Shown here: in pieces, positions 46,158 to 56,069 of the stretch
Numbering within the stretch: position 1 is the stretch's first letter
Layout of the letters: the number at the start of each line of letters is the position of its first letter
Assembly (NCBI GenBank): GCA_013178285.1
Contig: JABLXD010000012.1
Location: forward strand, 5,174-69,173
Direction: 5' to 3'
Length of the DNA stretch: 64,000 nt
Source of the DNA: Methanofastidiosum sp.
Lineage (GTDB): Archaea; Methanobacteriota_B; Thermococci; Methanofastidiosales; Methanofastidiosaceae
The notes under the pieces: generated by a model
The model's database searches: none
What the model saw: the letters and a program-made list of their open reading frames with translations, nothing else
What the model was told of the DNA's origin: nothing
Position numbers and translations under genes: made by a program

Positions 46158-46714
46158 TAAAGTCTGTACCCCCTTGCGAATTCACCATTTACACTTAGTA
46201 CTCCTTCATTAAATTTGAATAAGTCTTTATTTGAATTTTGTAGTTTGTCAGCTTTTTCTTGTTCAGTTATTACGGCCCCATGAGGAACTAATTTATTATC
46301 TCCAATTTTTACTCCAACGACTATTGCACCGTGCCCAATGAAGCATTCTTTTCCAATTTGTGAACTATGAATTACTGCCCTAAATCCAACAAAAGAATTA
46401 TCCCCAATTTTAGTAGGCCCGTGGATAACTGCACCATGTGCTATTGAAGTTTTCTTCCCAATTTCAACGGAAGTATGCTCTAAAGCATGAACGATGACTC
46501 CATCTTGTAAATTGCTTTCATCTCCGATAACTATAGGAGTTCCTTCATCTGCTCTTAATGAAACAAAAGGTGCAACATATACTCCTTTTCCTATTCTGAC
46601 ATCCCCTATAACTGAGGACATCTCATCACAGAAACTTTCTTTATCTATATTTGGATATCTACATTCCTTATTAAAAGAACAAGATGGATTTTCTTTTATT
46701 GTCATATTTTTCAC
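46157..46714 (-). CDS. Left-handed beta-helix hexapeptide-repeat protein (gamma-carbonic-anhydrase/acetyltransferase-like)
   Basis: Repeated [LIV]-G-x-x-[SA]-x-[LIV] hexapeptides (IGKGVYVAPFVSL, IGDESNLQDGVIVHA, IGKKTSIAHGAVIHG, IGDNSFVGFRAVIHS). 185 aa. 1-nt overlap with the mutS2-like start and 4-nt overlap with hypD. Confidence 0.75.
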   Translation of the reverse strand: MKNMTIKENPSCSFNKECRYPNIDKESFCDEMSSVIGDVRIGKGVYVAPFVSLRADEGTPIVIGDESNLQDGVIVHALEHTSVEIGKKTSIAHGAVIHGPTKIGDNSFVGFRAVIHSSQIGKECFIGHGAIVVGVKIGDNKLVPHGAVITEQEKADKLQNSNKDLFKFNEGVLSVNGEFARGYRL

Positions 46715-47781
46715 CTGAAAGATTTTTCATATTTAAAAGATATATAACATGCCCCTTCTCTTGAAACCATACATGGGCCTTTTGGAGTTTGAGGCGTACA
46801 TATATTTCCAAATAATTTACATTCCTTGGGGGTTTTTTCTGCTCTTAAAACTTCCGGACAACTACAGCCTTTTTCTTCAGGTATGTCTTCTATTCCAATA
46901 TTAAATTCTTTGTACGCATCTTTGTTAGAAAATTCATTTTTTAAGGATAGACCAGAACCGGGTATTACTGGAAATCCCCTCCATCGAATGTCACAAGGTT
47001 CAAATACTTTTTCCATCAATTTTTGTGCTTTAGTGTTACCTTCTGTTCTAACTCCACGAATATATTCATTTTCAACTTCTGCTCTTTTTTCTTTAATTTG
47101 TTTTAATAAAAGGTAGATTCCCATAAGGATATCATTTGGTTCAAAGCCACATATCACCTGGGGAACATTAAATTTTTTAGATATAGGTTCATAAGGTTTA
47201 GTTCCAATTATTGTAGAAACATGACCCGGATCGATAAACCCTGAAAGATTAATTTTACCGCTACTTAACAATAAATCCATTGCAGGAGGGATAACTCTGT
47301 GTGCAGATAAAACAAAAAAATTATCTGGAGAATTAAGAACCGCAACTGCAGTTGTAGGGCAAGTTGTTTCAAATCCGATAGCAAAATGAACTATTTTTTT
47401 ATTAGGATTTGATATGGCAAGATTAATTGAATCGTTAATGCTATAGACTAATCTAATATCAAGCCCAGCAGCTTTTGCATCTGAAAGTGATCTCTTAGAA
47501 GGCACCCGTATCATATCGCCATAAGTAGTTACAATTGCACCTTTTTCAGCTATTTTTACTGCGGCCTCTATTTCTCCTTGTGTCGTGACGCAAACTGGGC
47601 ATCCTGGTCCCGAAACAACTTGAACATTTTCTGGTAATAAAGCTCTTATGCCATAATGGGTAATCACATGCTCATGTGTCCCACATACATGGCAGAGATT
47701 TACATCCCCTACATCTTTGGATATTTCAGATATTTTTCTTATTATCGTATCTGAAGCACTTCGATCCTTATATAAATCCAC
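46711..47781 (-). CDS. hypD: [NiFe]-hydrogenase maturation factor HypD
   Basis: CHVCGTHEH (CGxH), GPGCPVC and C-terminal CxxC motifs characteristic of HypD. 356 aa. Confidence 0.85.
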   Translation of the reverse strand: MDLYKDRSASDTIIRKISEISKDVGDVNLCHVCGTHEHVITHYGIRALLPENVQVVSGPGCPVCVTTQGEIEAAVKIAEKGAIVTTYGDMIRVPSKRSLSDAKAAGLDIRLVYSINDSINLAISNPNKKIVHFAIGFETTCPTTAVAVLNSPDNFFVLSAHRVIPPAMDLLLSSGKINLSGFIDPGHVSTIIGTKPYEPISKKFNVPQVICGFEPNDILMGIYLLLKQIKEKRAEVENEYIRGVRTEGNTKAQKLMEKVFEPCDIRWRGFPVIPGSGLSLKNEFSNKDAYKEFNIGIEDIPEEKGCSCPEVLRAEKTPKECKLFGNICTPQTPKGPCMVSREGACYISFKYEKSFR

Positions 47782-48005
47782 TAATAATCCTCCTCACTTT
47801 TAAGGAGTTCTTTCCAGATATTAAGAGATTCAAGAGCATCTTTCTCATCCATCTTCTCAATGGCAAAACCTGTGTGAACAATAACATAATCGCCAATTTT
47901 TACATCTACAAGATCCAATCTAACTTCTCTTTTAACCCCGTTAAAATCAACTATTCCAACGGTGTTTTTAATTTCTAAAACTTTACCTGGAACTGCTAGA
48001 CACAT
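47781..48005 (-). CDS. hypC: [NiFe]-hydrogenase maturation factor HypC
   Basis: MCLAVPGKVLEI N-terminus (essential Cys2). 74 aa. Stop/start overlap with hypD. Confidence 0.8.
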   Translation of the reverse strand: MCLAVPGKVLEIKNTVGIVDFNGVKREVRLDLVDVKIGDYVIVHTGFAIEKMDEKDALESLNIWKELLKSEEDY

Positions 48006-48276
48006 GATTTTACCATATTATATTGATTAAAAAGTCTTTCTTTTATACAACTTTATAATTTTACTAATGTTATATAAATTAGATAATTAATATTTTTTCT
48101 TTTCTAAGTAAATTAGCATAAATCTAAAATTCTTTAATTAATACTTATTATTACATAAAAAATAATATTATTTATACTATTTCTGACTATAGCTATATTT
48201 CAAAATGTATAAAGTTATATATATTTGATTCCCAAAAGGTATAGCAACATAAAAAATATGTTGAGTTGGTGAATAT

Positions 48277-48960
48277 ATGGAAGAAGAAGGTAAAGAACCG
48301 ATAAGCATGCCATTAATAGGGGATGACGCCCCTAAGTTTAAAGCAAAAACAACAATGGGGGAAATTAATTTCCCAGAAGATTACAAAGGCAAGTGGGTAA
48401 TACTTTTCAGCCATCCAGCAGATTTTACACCTGTATGCACAACTGAATTTATGACTTTTGCATCAATGCAAAAAGAGTTTCAGGATTTAAATTGTGAATT
48501 AATAGGATTGTCAATTGATAGCATTTATGCACATATAGCCTGGCTAAGAACTATAAAAGAAAAGATTGAGTATAAAGGAATGAAAAACATAGAAGTGACA
48601 TTTCCCGTAATAGAAGACATACGTATGGATGTTGCAAAGAAATTTGGGATGGTCCAACCAAATGCGTCTACTACACAGGCAGTTAGAGCAGTATTTTTGA
48701 TAGATACAAAAGCAAAAATAAGGGCAATTCTTTACTATCCACTATCAAATGGAAGAAACATGCAAGAAATTAAGAGGTTACTTATAGCAATGCAGAAGTC
48801 AGACAAGGAACAAATAGCAACACCTGCCAACTGGCAACCGGGTGACGATGTAATAATTCCTCCTCCTGGTTCATGCGGAATGGCAAAGGAAAGAGTAGAA
48901 AAAAAGGAAGAAGGGAAATACTGTCTTGACTGGTTTATTTGTTTTAGGAAAGAAAAATAA
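48277..48960 (+). CDS. Peroxiredoxin (AhpC/TSA family, archaeal Prx)
   Basis: FTPVCTTEF peroxidatic-Cys motif. 227 aa. Confidence 0.85.
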   Translation: MEEEGKEPISMPLIGDDAPKFKAKTTMGEINFPEDYKGKWVILFSHPADFTPVCTTEFMTFASMQKEFQDLNCELIGLSIDSIYAHIAWLRTIKEKIEYKGMKNIEVTFPVIEDIRMDVAKKFGMVQPNASTTQAVRAVFLIDTKAKIRAILYYPLSNGRNMQEIKRLLIAMQKSDKEQIATPANWQPGDDVIIPPPGSCGMAKERVEKKEEGKYCLDWFICFRKEK

Positions 48961-48990
48961 TTTAAATTATTTTTTTTATTTAAATATTGA

Positions 48991-49473
48991 TTAAACTTCT
49001 GCAAAAGTAACAACGTAATTGTGGCCATAGTATTCCGCACATTTTGGGCATGTGGTAAAATAAAAGTAATATTTCTTAGCTTTTTTTCCTTTGTTCTCAA
49101 GGTATCTATTCATTTCTTTTATCCATTTAGGAACATCTTTATATGGGCCATCGAAAACTTTGCTTATGAAAGTTCCACTTAATCTAACATTTTTTACATT
49201 TGGAACTTCTTTCGTAACAGTCATGTAAAGCTCCGAAATCCATGGAGAAGGGTCATAAGCCAACAACAAGAAATCCTTAATTTCAGGTCCTGCTTGAGCC
49301 TCTTGTGCTTTGTTCCACATACTTGTTATGACATCACTAATGTTAAGAGGCTTATGCAAAATCTGCCTAACATTATCCTGAATGAACAGTTTATCCTTCC
49401 ATTTATGCGTTTTCTCATCCCATTCTTTAGGATCAAACTTTGGGCAACATGGAGCTTCATTTGTATTTGTCAT
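48991..49473 (-). CDS. Hypothetical protein (160 aa) with N-terminal CC and C-terminal CPKC pairs
   Basis: ORF only. Cys pairs at both ends (APCCPKF ... TTCPKCAEYY). No family recognised. Confidence 0.4.
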   Translation of the reverse strand: MTNTNEAPCCPKFDPKEWDEKTHKWKDKLFIQDNVRQILHKPLNISDVITSMWNKAQEAQAGPEIKDFLLLAYDPSPWISELYMTVTKEVPNVKNVRLSGTFISKVFDGPYKDVPKWIKEMNRYLENKGKKAKKYYFYFTTCPKCAEYYGHNYVVTFAEV

Positions 49474-49572
49474 GAACTATAATAAGGGCATTATTATTTA
49501 AATTTTTATTGTATAATTTGGAGTATACTAAATTGACAATAATAATATAAAGAATTCAATGATGAGTATTTT

Positions 49573-50328
49573 ATGGCAAAGTGGTATGAAGAATTATTTG
49601 AGAATTATGCCCAAACTTATGAAACTGAAGTATTTACTAAAGGTACGATAGGCGAGATAGATTTTATCGAAAAGGAAATAAAAAAAGATAAATCAAAAAA
49701 AATCTTGGATATTGGATGCGGAACAGGAAGACACTCAATTGAGCTTGCAAAAAGAGGGCATAATGTAACTGGTATTGATCTATCCGAGTGCATGCTAGAA
49801 ATGGCAAAACAAAAAGCCAAAGTAGCTAAAGTTAAAGTTGAATTCATTAAGGCAGATGCTAGATACTTAAAATTTGAAAAAGAATTTGATCTTGCCCTTA
49901 TACTATGTGAAGGTGGATTCTCCTTAATGGAAACAGATGAAATGAACTATATGATTCTACAAAGTGCAAGTAGATCTCTAAAAGATAATGGGAAATTGAT
50001 CCTTACTACTTTAAATGGACTTTTTCCTTTATACCATTCTGTTAAAGATTTTATTAATTCCAACTCCGTTGATGGAAAAAGCCAAGATAATACTTTTGAC
50101 TTAATGACATTTAGAGATAAATCAATAATAGAGATTACCGATGACGATGGAAATACTAAAAAAATAAAGGCTAATGAAAGGTACTACGTTCCCTCAGAAA
50201 TGATGTGGTTATTAAAATCCCTAGGGTTTAAAAAAGTTGACATATATGGATGTAAATTAGGCGCATTTAGTAGAGATGACAAATTAACAACTGAAGATTA
50301 CGAAATGTTAATAATAGCAGAATATTAA
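49573..50328 (+). CDS. Class I SAM-dependent methyltransferase
   Basis: ILDIGCGTGRHSIELAKRGHNVTGIDLSECMLEMA (motif I GxGxG and post-I acidic residue). 251 aa. Confidence 0.75.
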   Translation: MAKWYEELFENYAQTYETEVFTKGTIGEIDFIEKEIKKDKSKKILDIGCGTGRHSIELAKRGHNVTGIDLSECMLEMAKQKAKVAKVKVEFIKADARYLKFEKEFDLALILCEGGFSLMETDEMNYMILQSASRSLKDNGKLILTTLNGLFPLYHSVKDFINSNSVDGKSQDNTFDLMTFRDKSIIEITDDDGNTKKIKANERYYVPSEMMWLLKSLGFKKVDIYGCKLGAFSRDDKLTTEDYEMLIIAEY

Positions 50329-50472
50329 AGATTGCAAAGATTACATAAGGTTTAAAAATAGATTGGCAGAGAATAAATTGGGAGAAGGTATTATTTCAGC
50401 CATATCGCCAGTATGCTTTCTTATTACCTTCTCCTTCAAAATCTTTAAATAGAAATTATTATTTCTTAATTT

Positions 50473-51117
50473 ATGAATATTTGTGTAATAACAGATATAC
50501 ATGGCAAAAAAAGTTCTTTAAGAAATTTTTTTGATTCGATTGATATCAAGCAATTTGACTTATTACTCTGCTGTGGAGATATAACCTCCTTTGGGGGGGA
50601 AATTGAAGCAAAAGAAATATTAGATCTAATACCAAATATGCCTTTTTATACAGTTTTTGGAAACTGTGATAAAAGTGGTGTTAGTGACTATATTTCCTCA
50701 AAAGGAATTTCACTTCATGAAAGAGAATTAAAGATCTCAGACTACACTATCGGGGGTTTTGGGGGTTCAAATAAATCTCCTTTTGGGACACCTTCCGAAT
50801 ACGAAGAAGATCATATTATGGCAGGATTGTCAAAACTCTCATATAAAAACATGGTACTGGTAACTCACGTTCCTCCATATGGAACTAAACTAGATAGAAT
50901 TGGAAATAATAAATCTATAGGAAGTAACTCAGTTAGAACTATTATAGAAAAAAAGCAGCCTTTGGTGGCGATCTCAGGACACGTTCATGAATCTAGGGCC
51001 ATTGACTACCTGGGCAAAACTGCCTTATTGAATCCCGGACCATTGAAAGATGGTTATTATGGGATAGTCAAACTTAATCTAAATGAAGTAAAGGTTGAAT
51101 TAAAGGAAATTGACTAA
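50473..51117 (+). CDS. Calcineurin-like metallophosphoesterase
   Basis: ITDIHGK, CCGDITSFG, GNCD, VTHVPPYG and GHVHE: the canonical metallophosphatase motif set. 214 aa. Confidence 0.75.
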   Translation: MNICVITDIHGKKSSLRNFFDSIDIKQFDLLLCCGDITSFGGEIEAKEILDLIPNMPFYTVFGNCDKSGVSDYISSKGISLHERELKISDYTIGGFGGSNKSPFGTPSEYEEDHIMAGLSKLSYKNMVLVTHVPPYGTKLDRIGNNKSIGSNSVRTIIEKKQPLVAISGHVHESRAIDYLGKTALLNPGPLKDGYYGIVKLNLNEVKVELKEID

Positions 51118-51151
51118 ATATATTTAAATATGGATAAAATAAATTAATTGC

Positions 51152-51574
51152 ATGATTTACGAGGTTTTAATAGGTGCAGTCGTTTTAATAGCCATTCTTT
51201 TTGTAATATATTTCTTTTATGGCCCAAAGAAAGAAGGGATCCCAAAAGAGCCTGTTAAAAGACCAATCCCACGAGAAGAGGTTCCTTCAGTTCCCTATTA
51301 CACAGAAGGTGAAGTAATAGTCGAGGATGAACTACTTGGGATGAAAATGATCTGGGACTCCTATGAAGACAGGGTTGAGAACTTTATAAAATATCTTGAA
51401 AACTCAAGAGGGGTTCAGGATCCTAAAGTAATAAGTACCTTCCAAGAAATAGAAGGAGATTATGTTAAAATGAAAAAAAGACTCCGCCCATTCCTAAGGG
51501 ATCACATGGTAAAAAGAATGGACGAGAGAATTCTATATGCTAGAAATCTAATAAATAAAAAGTTCCGATATTAA
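51152..51574 (+). CDS. Hypothetical protein with N-terminal TM anchor (140 aa)
   Basis: ORF only. Confidence 0.35.
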   Translation: MIYEVLIGAVVLIAILFVIYFFYGPKKEGIPKEPVKRPIPREEVPSVPYYTEGEVIVEDELLGMKMIWDSYEDRVENFIKYLENSRGVQDPKVISTFQEIEGDYVKMKKRLRPFLRDHMVKRMDERILYARNLINKKFRY

Positions 51575-51623
51575 AGGTGTATATTACAATAAACTTTAAT
51601 ATCAATCTATTTTATTATCTCTG

Positions 51624-52526
51624 ATGATTGGAATCCCTTTATTAATAATTATCTCTTCAATACTTCTTGGCGTTTATTTTCCCATATTCGGAAAAGAGTT
51701 ATCCCAAATAGTTCCACTCCTACAAAGTATATTGATTTTTTTATCTACAATTAAAGTCGATTTTAATATCTACAAAAAATACATGGGACTTCTAAAGCCT
51801 TTTTTATTAGGATTCTTCACTTGCTATATATTTATTCCAATAATCTTTTTCCTATCAGGGATATTGCTACTTAAAATGGGTATAATCAACTTTCCATTAT
51901 TTGTTGGAATCATAATAACTGGGAGTGTACCTCTGGCAGCTGGATCAAGTCTAGTGTGGTCTAAAGAATTAGGGGGTAAGCTTGAAATTACATTACTCCT
52001 TATTATTACGACAATCTTGGCATCACCCCTAATTACGCCTTCTTATATCTATCTATTCTTAAGAGATAGTATAAACGTTAATGCCCAAAAGATGTTTTTA
52101 GAGATGGCAATCATAATATTTGTGCCCGTTTTATTATCATTTATTTTTAAAAAAAAGTTGAAAAGGAGTCTGAGCCCTAATCTTTCTTTTTTTGTTATGG
52201 GGATGATTATATACATTGCAGTTTCTAAAAGCGTTGAAAGACTTAATTTGGTAAAAGGCTACCTTTTTGTCTCAATAATCTTATCCTTAATTCTAATTAT
52301 TTTTACACTGGGATTTTTAAGAATAATTTCTAATCTCCTGAAGTTTAAAGAAGAAGAAAAAGAATCAATCTTTATCCCTTCTTTTTTTAAGAATATTAGT
52401 CTCGCAATAATTGTAGTTTCGTTTTTTGAGCCTGAAGTTGTATTTTTCCCTGTTGTATACTATATTATTGAACAGCTTGTTTCCCCACTCTATTACGAAA
52501 TAAAAAAACATAATTCAAATCAATAA
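51624..52526 (+). CDS. Polytopic membrane transporter, BASS (bile acid:Na+ symporter)-like
   Basis: 300 aa with about 9 TM. GSVPLAAGSSLVWS...ITLLLIITT resembles the BASS/ACR3 core. Tentative. Confidence 0.45.
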   Translation: MIGIPLLIIISSILLGVYFPIFGKELSQIVPLLQSILIFLSTIKVDFNIYKKYMGLLKPFLLGFFTCYIFIPIIFFLSGILLLKMGIINFPLFVGIIITGSVPLAAGSSLVWSKELGGKLEITLLLIITTILASPLITPSYIYLFLRDSINVNAQKMFLEMAIIIFVPVLLSFIFKKKLKRSLSPNLSFFVMGMIIYIAVSKSVERLNLVKGYLFVSIILSLILIIFTLGFLRIISNLLKFKEEEKESIFIPSFFKNISLAIIVVSFFEPEVVFFPVVYYIIEQLVSPLYYEIKKHNSNQ

Positions 52527-52563
52527 AATATTTATATTGAAAACATAATATTATCTTGATTCG

Positions 52564-53031
52564 ATGGGTACAAAAAGTAAATCTTGGAAAGAAAAGTTGG
52601 AAGATAGCAAAGGATTGCCCAAAGTTGAACCTATAACAGATAAGATGTCTAAAAGATGGGGCGAGGGAACAGTTGTTATCCCGGCACCAATTGAAGTAAA
52701 TGACATAATGAAAACTGTTCCAGAAGGAAAACTAATTACAATTGATCAAATCAGGAAAAAGCTAGCAGAAAAACATAGAGCAACTATAGGGTGCCCCTTG
52801 ACAACAGGCATTTTTGCCTGGGTAAGTGCACATGCTGCAAATGAGACTGCTTTAGAAGGTAAAAAAGACATTACCCCTTATTGGAGGACTCTAAAAACGG
52901 GAGGCATAGTTAATGAAAAGTATCCCGGTGGCATTAATTATCAGAAACAACTTTTGGAAAGAGAGGGTCACAAAGTAATACAAAAAGGAAAAAAATTCAT
53001 TGTCCAAGATTATGAAAAAGCATTGGTATGA
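52564..53031 (+). CDS. Hypothetical soluble protein (155 aa)
   Basis: ORF only. A possible winged-helix/MGMT-like region (IDQIRKKLAEKHRATIGCPLTTG) is not convincing. Confidence 0.4.
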   Translation: MGTKSKSWKEKLEDSKGLPKVEPITDKMSKRWGEGTVVIPAPIEVNDIMKTVPEGKLITIDQIRKKLAEKHRATIGCPLTTGIFAWVSAHAANETALEGKKDITPYWRTLKTGGIVNEKYPGGINYQKQLLEREGHKVIQKGKKFIVQDYEKALV

Positions 53032-53125
53032 AGATAAATTCTATTTAAGATCAACTTTCAATTTTTTGCTTTAATAGTAAAAAGCTTTTTAAAAATACAA
53101 AATCATTATAGTCTAGAGGGATTTT

Positions 53126-53668
53126 TTGATAGAGATAAGATTTCACGGTAGAGGGGGACAGGGTGCTGTAGTTGCATCAAATTTACTAGCTGATGCAGCT
53201 TTTAGAGAGGGAAAATATGTTCAGGCTTTTCCTTACTTTGGCGTGGAAAGAAGAGGTGCTCCTGTTACATCCTTTACAAGAATAGACAAAAATCCTATTA
53301 AAATAAAAAGCCAGGTTTATACACCAAATTATATTATCGTCCTGGACCCAACATTGATGGATGTAACTGACGTAACTTCTGGCCTAGATAAAGATGGAGT
53401 AGTTCTAATAAATTCTGATAAAGATCCAAAATACTACAATCTTTCCTTTAAGACTGCAACTGTTGATGCTACTTCTATTGCAATTGAAAATAAATTGGGC
53501 TCAAAAATGTCACCGATTGTAAATACTTCTATCCTTGGTGCTTTTGCTAAGATATCAGGAGAGATAATGCTTGAATCTATAATTTTAGCAATAAAAGAAA
53601 ATGCGCCTTCTAAAAAAGAAGAGAATGTTAAAGCCGCAAAAGAGGCTTATGATAAAACAACAATGTAA
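53126..53668 (+). CDS. porG: Pyruvate:ferredoxin oxidoreductase gamma subunit
   Basis: [47 protein letters not shown]. 180 aa. First gene of a G-D-A-B operon. Confidence 0.85.
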
Positions 53669-53675
53669 TGATCCC

Positions 53676-53963
53676 ATGAAAAAGTTAGAAAAATTAGTAT
53701 CAATAAAAGATTTACCAGAGGCCCCAGTTTCAAATGTGCCTTCCCTTAATCAGAAGACTGGGACATGGAGAGTTTTTAGGCCAGAGGTAGATAAAGAAAA
53801 GTGTATTAAATGCAGTATTTGTTGGAGATGTTGCCCCGATATCTCAATTGATGTAGATGAAGATGGGTTTCCCATTATAAATTATGATTATTGTAAAGGT
53901 TGTGGAATATGTGCTCATGAATGCCCAAAAAATGCAATTAGGATGGAAAGGGAGGGAAAGTAA
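53676..53963 (+). CDS. porD: Pyruvate:ferredoxin oxidoreductase delta subunit (2x[4Fe-4S] ferredoxin)
   Basis: Two CxxCxxCxxxCP motifs (CIKCSICWRCCP, CKGCGICAHECP). Start chosen at the internal ATG (MKKLEKL) just after the porG stop rather than the ORF-track start at 53601 inside porG. Confidence 0.8.
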   Translation: MKKLEKLVSIKDLPEAPVSNVPSLNQKTGTWRVFRPEVDKEKCIKCSICWRCCPDISIDVDEDGFPIINYDYCKGCGICAHECPKNAIRMEREGK

Positions 53964-55141
53964 TGGTGAAGAAGATAATGACTGGGAATATAGCTGCTGC
54001 TTGGGGGGCAAGACTCTCAAGAACAGAAGTAATAGCTGCATATCCCATAACTCCACAAACGATTATTGTTGAAAAACTAGCACAGTTCGTTTCAGATGGA
54101 GATCTTAAAGCTGAATATCTTCATGTTGAATCTGAACATTCTGCTATGGCCGCATGTATTGCAGCATCTCAAATAGGGGCCAGAGCTTTTACGGCAACAT
54201 CTTCACAAGGATTATTATTGATGCATGAACTTCTTCATTGGGCTTCTGGAGCAAGAACCCCTATAGTTATGGCAAATGTCAATAGAGCTTTAGCCCCCCC
54301 TTGGAGTGTATGGGTAGAGCATACAGACATGATATCTCAAAGGGATACTGGATGGATCCAATTCTATGCCGAAAGTAATCAAGAAGTTCTTGATACTATA
54401 TTAATCTGCTACAAATTATGTGAAGATAAAGAAATACAACTGCCGGCTATGGTAGGATTAGATGCTTTTTATTTATCTCATACTTCAGAGATAGTTGATA
54501 TCCCTGACCAAGAATTAGTTGATAAATTCTTGCCAAAATATGAAGCTCAATACCCGATAGATACTGAAAATCCTCTAAGCTTGGGGTCTCTTTCAATGCC
54601 CCATCAGTGGTATCCTGAATTTAGATACAAAATATATGAAGCAATGGAAAGAGTAATTCCTAGATTATATCAAATAGAAGAAGATTTTTATAAACAATTT
54701 GGAAGAAGATACACTGGCCCCCTTGAGCTTTATAATACTGAAGATGCAGAAGTCGTCCTTATTATTTCAGGCGCAGCTGCTGGAACTGTCAAAGAAACTG
54801 TAGATATACTCAGGAAAAATGGAGTTAAAGTAGGGGCTATAAGGCTAAGGATGTTCAGACCATTTCCCAAAAAGGAATTAGTTAAAGCTTTATCAAATGT
54901 TTCATTTGTTGGAGTAATCGATAGATCTTTCTCATTTGGTCATGAAGGTGCTATGTTCTCAGAAATAAAAGCATCGTTATATGGAACAAAATTTTCCCCC
55001 GCAATAAAAAATTATATTGTTGGAATTGGAGGGCGGGACATTACAACAGATACAATTAAAAAAATATTTGATAATTGTTTCAATTGTTTAAAAAATAATA
55101 AAATTGATGCCCATGTAGAATGGGTTGATATTAAGGTGTAA
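53963..55141 (+). CDS. porA: Pyruvate:ferredoxin oxidoreductase alpha subunit
   Basis: 392 aa. GNIAAAWGARLS...AYPITPQT N-terminus typical of PorA/KorA. Start overlaps the porD stop. Confidence 0.9.
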   Translation: MVKKIMTGNIAAAWGARLSRTEVIAAYPITPQTIIVEKLAQFVSDGDLKAEYLHVESEHSAMAACIAASQIGARAFTATSSQGLLLMHELLHWASGARTPIVMANVNRALAPPWSVWVEHTDMISQRDTGWIQFYAESNQEVLDTILICYKLCEDKEIQLPAMVGLDAFYLSHTSEIVDIPDQELVDKFLPKYEAQYPIDTENPLSLGSLSMPHQWYPEFRYKIYEAMERVIPRLYQIEEDFYKQFGRRYTGPLELYNTEDAEVVLIISGAAAGTVKETVDILRKNGVKVGAIRLRMFRPFPKKELVKALSNVSFVGVIDRSFSFGHEGAMFSEIKASLYGTKFSPAIKNYIVGIGGRDITTDTIKKIFDNCFNCLKNNKIDAHVEWVDIKV

Positions 55142-55143
55142 TC

Positions 55144-56040
55144 ATGAAAAGAGCAGGCATACCAACTGAAGAATTTATTTATTCTGGCCATACTGCATGC
55201 CCCGGATGTGGGGCCATGCTAGTTTCCAGATATCTTCTAAAAGTGTTAGGAAAGAATACGATAATGAATATACCTGCCTGTTGTTTTGCAGCTATACCTG
55301 GAACATTTCCAGAAACTTGTTTAGGCATACCATTGTTGTACAATGCTTTTGAAACAACTGCAGCAACAGCTTCTGGTGTTGAAGCCGCCTTGAAAATAAA
55401 AGGAAGAAAGGAAAAAATTAACGTGGTAGGCTTTGCAGGCGATGGAGGTACTGCGGATATAGGAATTCAAGCTTTATCTGGTGCCATAGAAAGAGGTCAT
55501 GATATTATCTACGTCTGTTATGATAATGAAGCTTACATGAATACTGGAATGCAGACTTCTAGTCTCACCCCAATGGGAGCTTCAACTACAACTAATCCCG
55601 TTGGTAAAAAGGGTGGGTGGAGAACTAGAAACAAGAAAAATATGATAGATATAGTAGCAGCACATGATATACCCTATGCTGCTACAGTCAATCCTTCGTA
55701 TCCAATGGACTTTATTAAAAAAATAGAAAAGGCAAAAGAAGTTAATGGACCAGTTTATATTCATGCTTATTCGGTCTGTCCAACGGGATGGAGATATCAG
55801 CCAGAACTTGGCCTAGAAATAGGAAGACTTGCAACAGAAACTGGAATATTCCCATTATATGAATTTGAAGATGGGAAATATAAAATTAGTTATAAGAAAA
55901 AAACAAAACAAGTTATTGAATACTACAAATTACAAGGAAGATTCAGGCACTTATCTGAAGATTTCATCAATGAAGTGCAAACAAAAATAGATAAAGAATG
56001 GCAGAAATTACTCCTAAAGGAAGAATGTAGTAATCGATAA
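55144..56040 (+). CDS. porB: Pyruvate:ferredoxin oxidoreductase beta subunit (TPP-binding)
   Basis: CPGCG (Fe-S/TPP region) and GDGGTADIG (TPP GDG motif). 298 aa. Confidence 0.9.
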   Translation: MKRAGIPTEEFIYSGHTACPGCGAMLVSRYLLKVLGKNTIMNIPACCFAAIPGTFPETCLGIPLLYNAFETTAATASGVEAALKIKGRKEKINVVGFAGDGGTADIGIQALSGAIERGHDIIYVCYDNEAYMNTGMQTSSLTPMGASTTTNPVGKKGGWRTRNKKNMIDIVAAHDIPYAATVNPSYPMDFIKKIEKAKEVNGPVYIHAYSVCPTGWRYQPELGLEIGRLATETGIFPLYEFEDGKYKISYKKKTKQVIEYYKLQGRFRHLSEDFINEVQTKIDKEWQKLLLKEECSNR

Positions 56041-56069
56041 ATAAAAAATATTAATTTAAATTTATCAAA

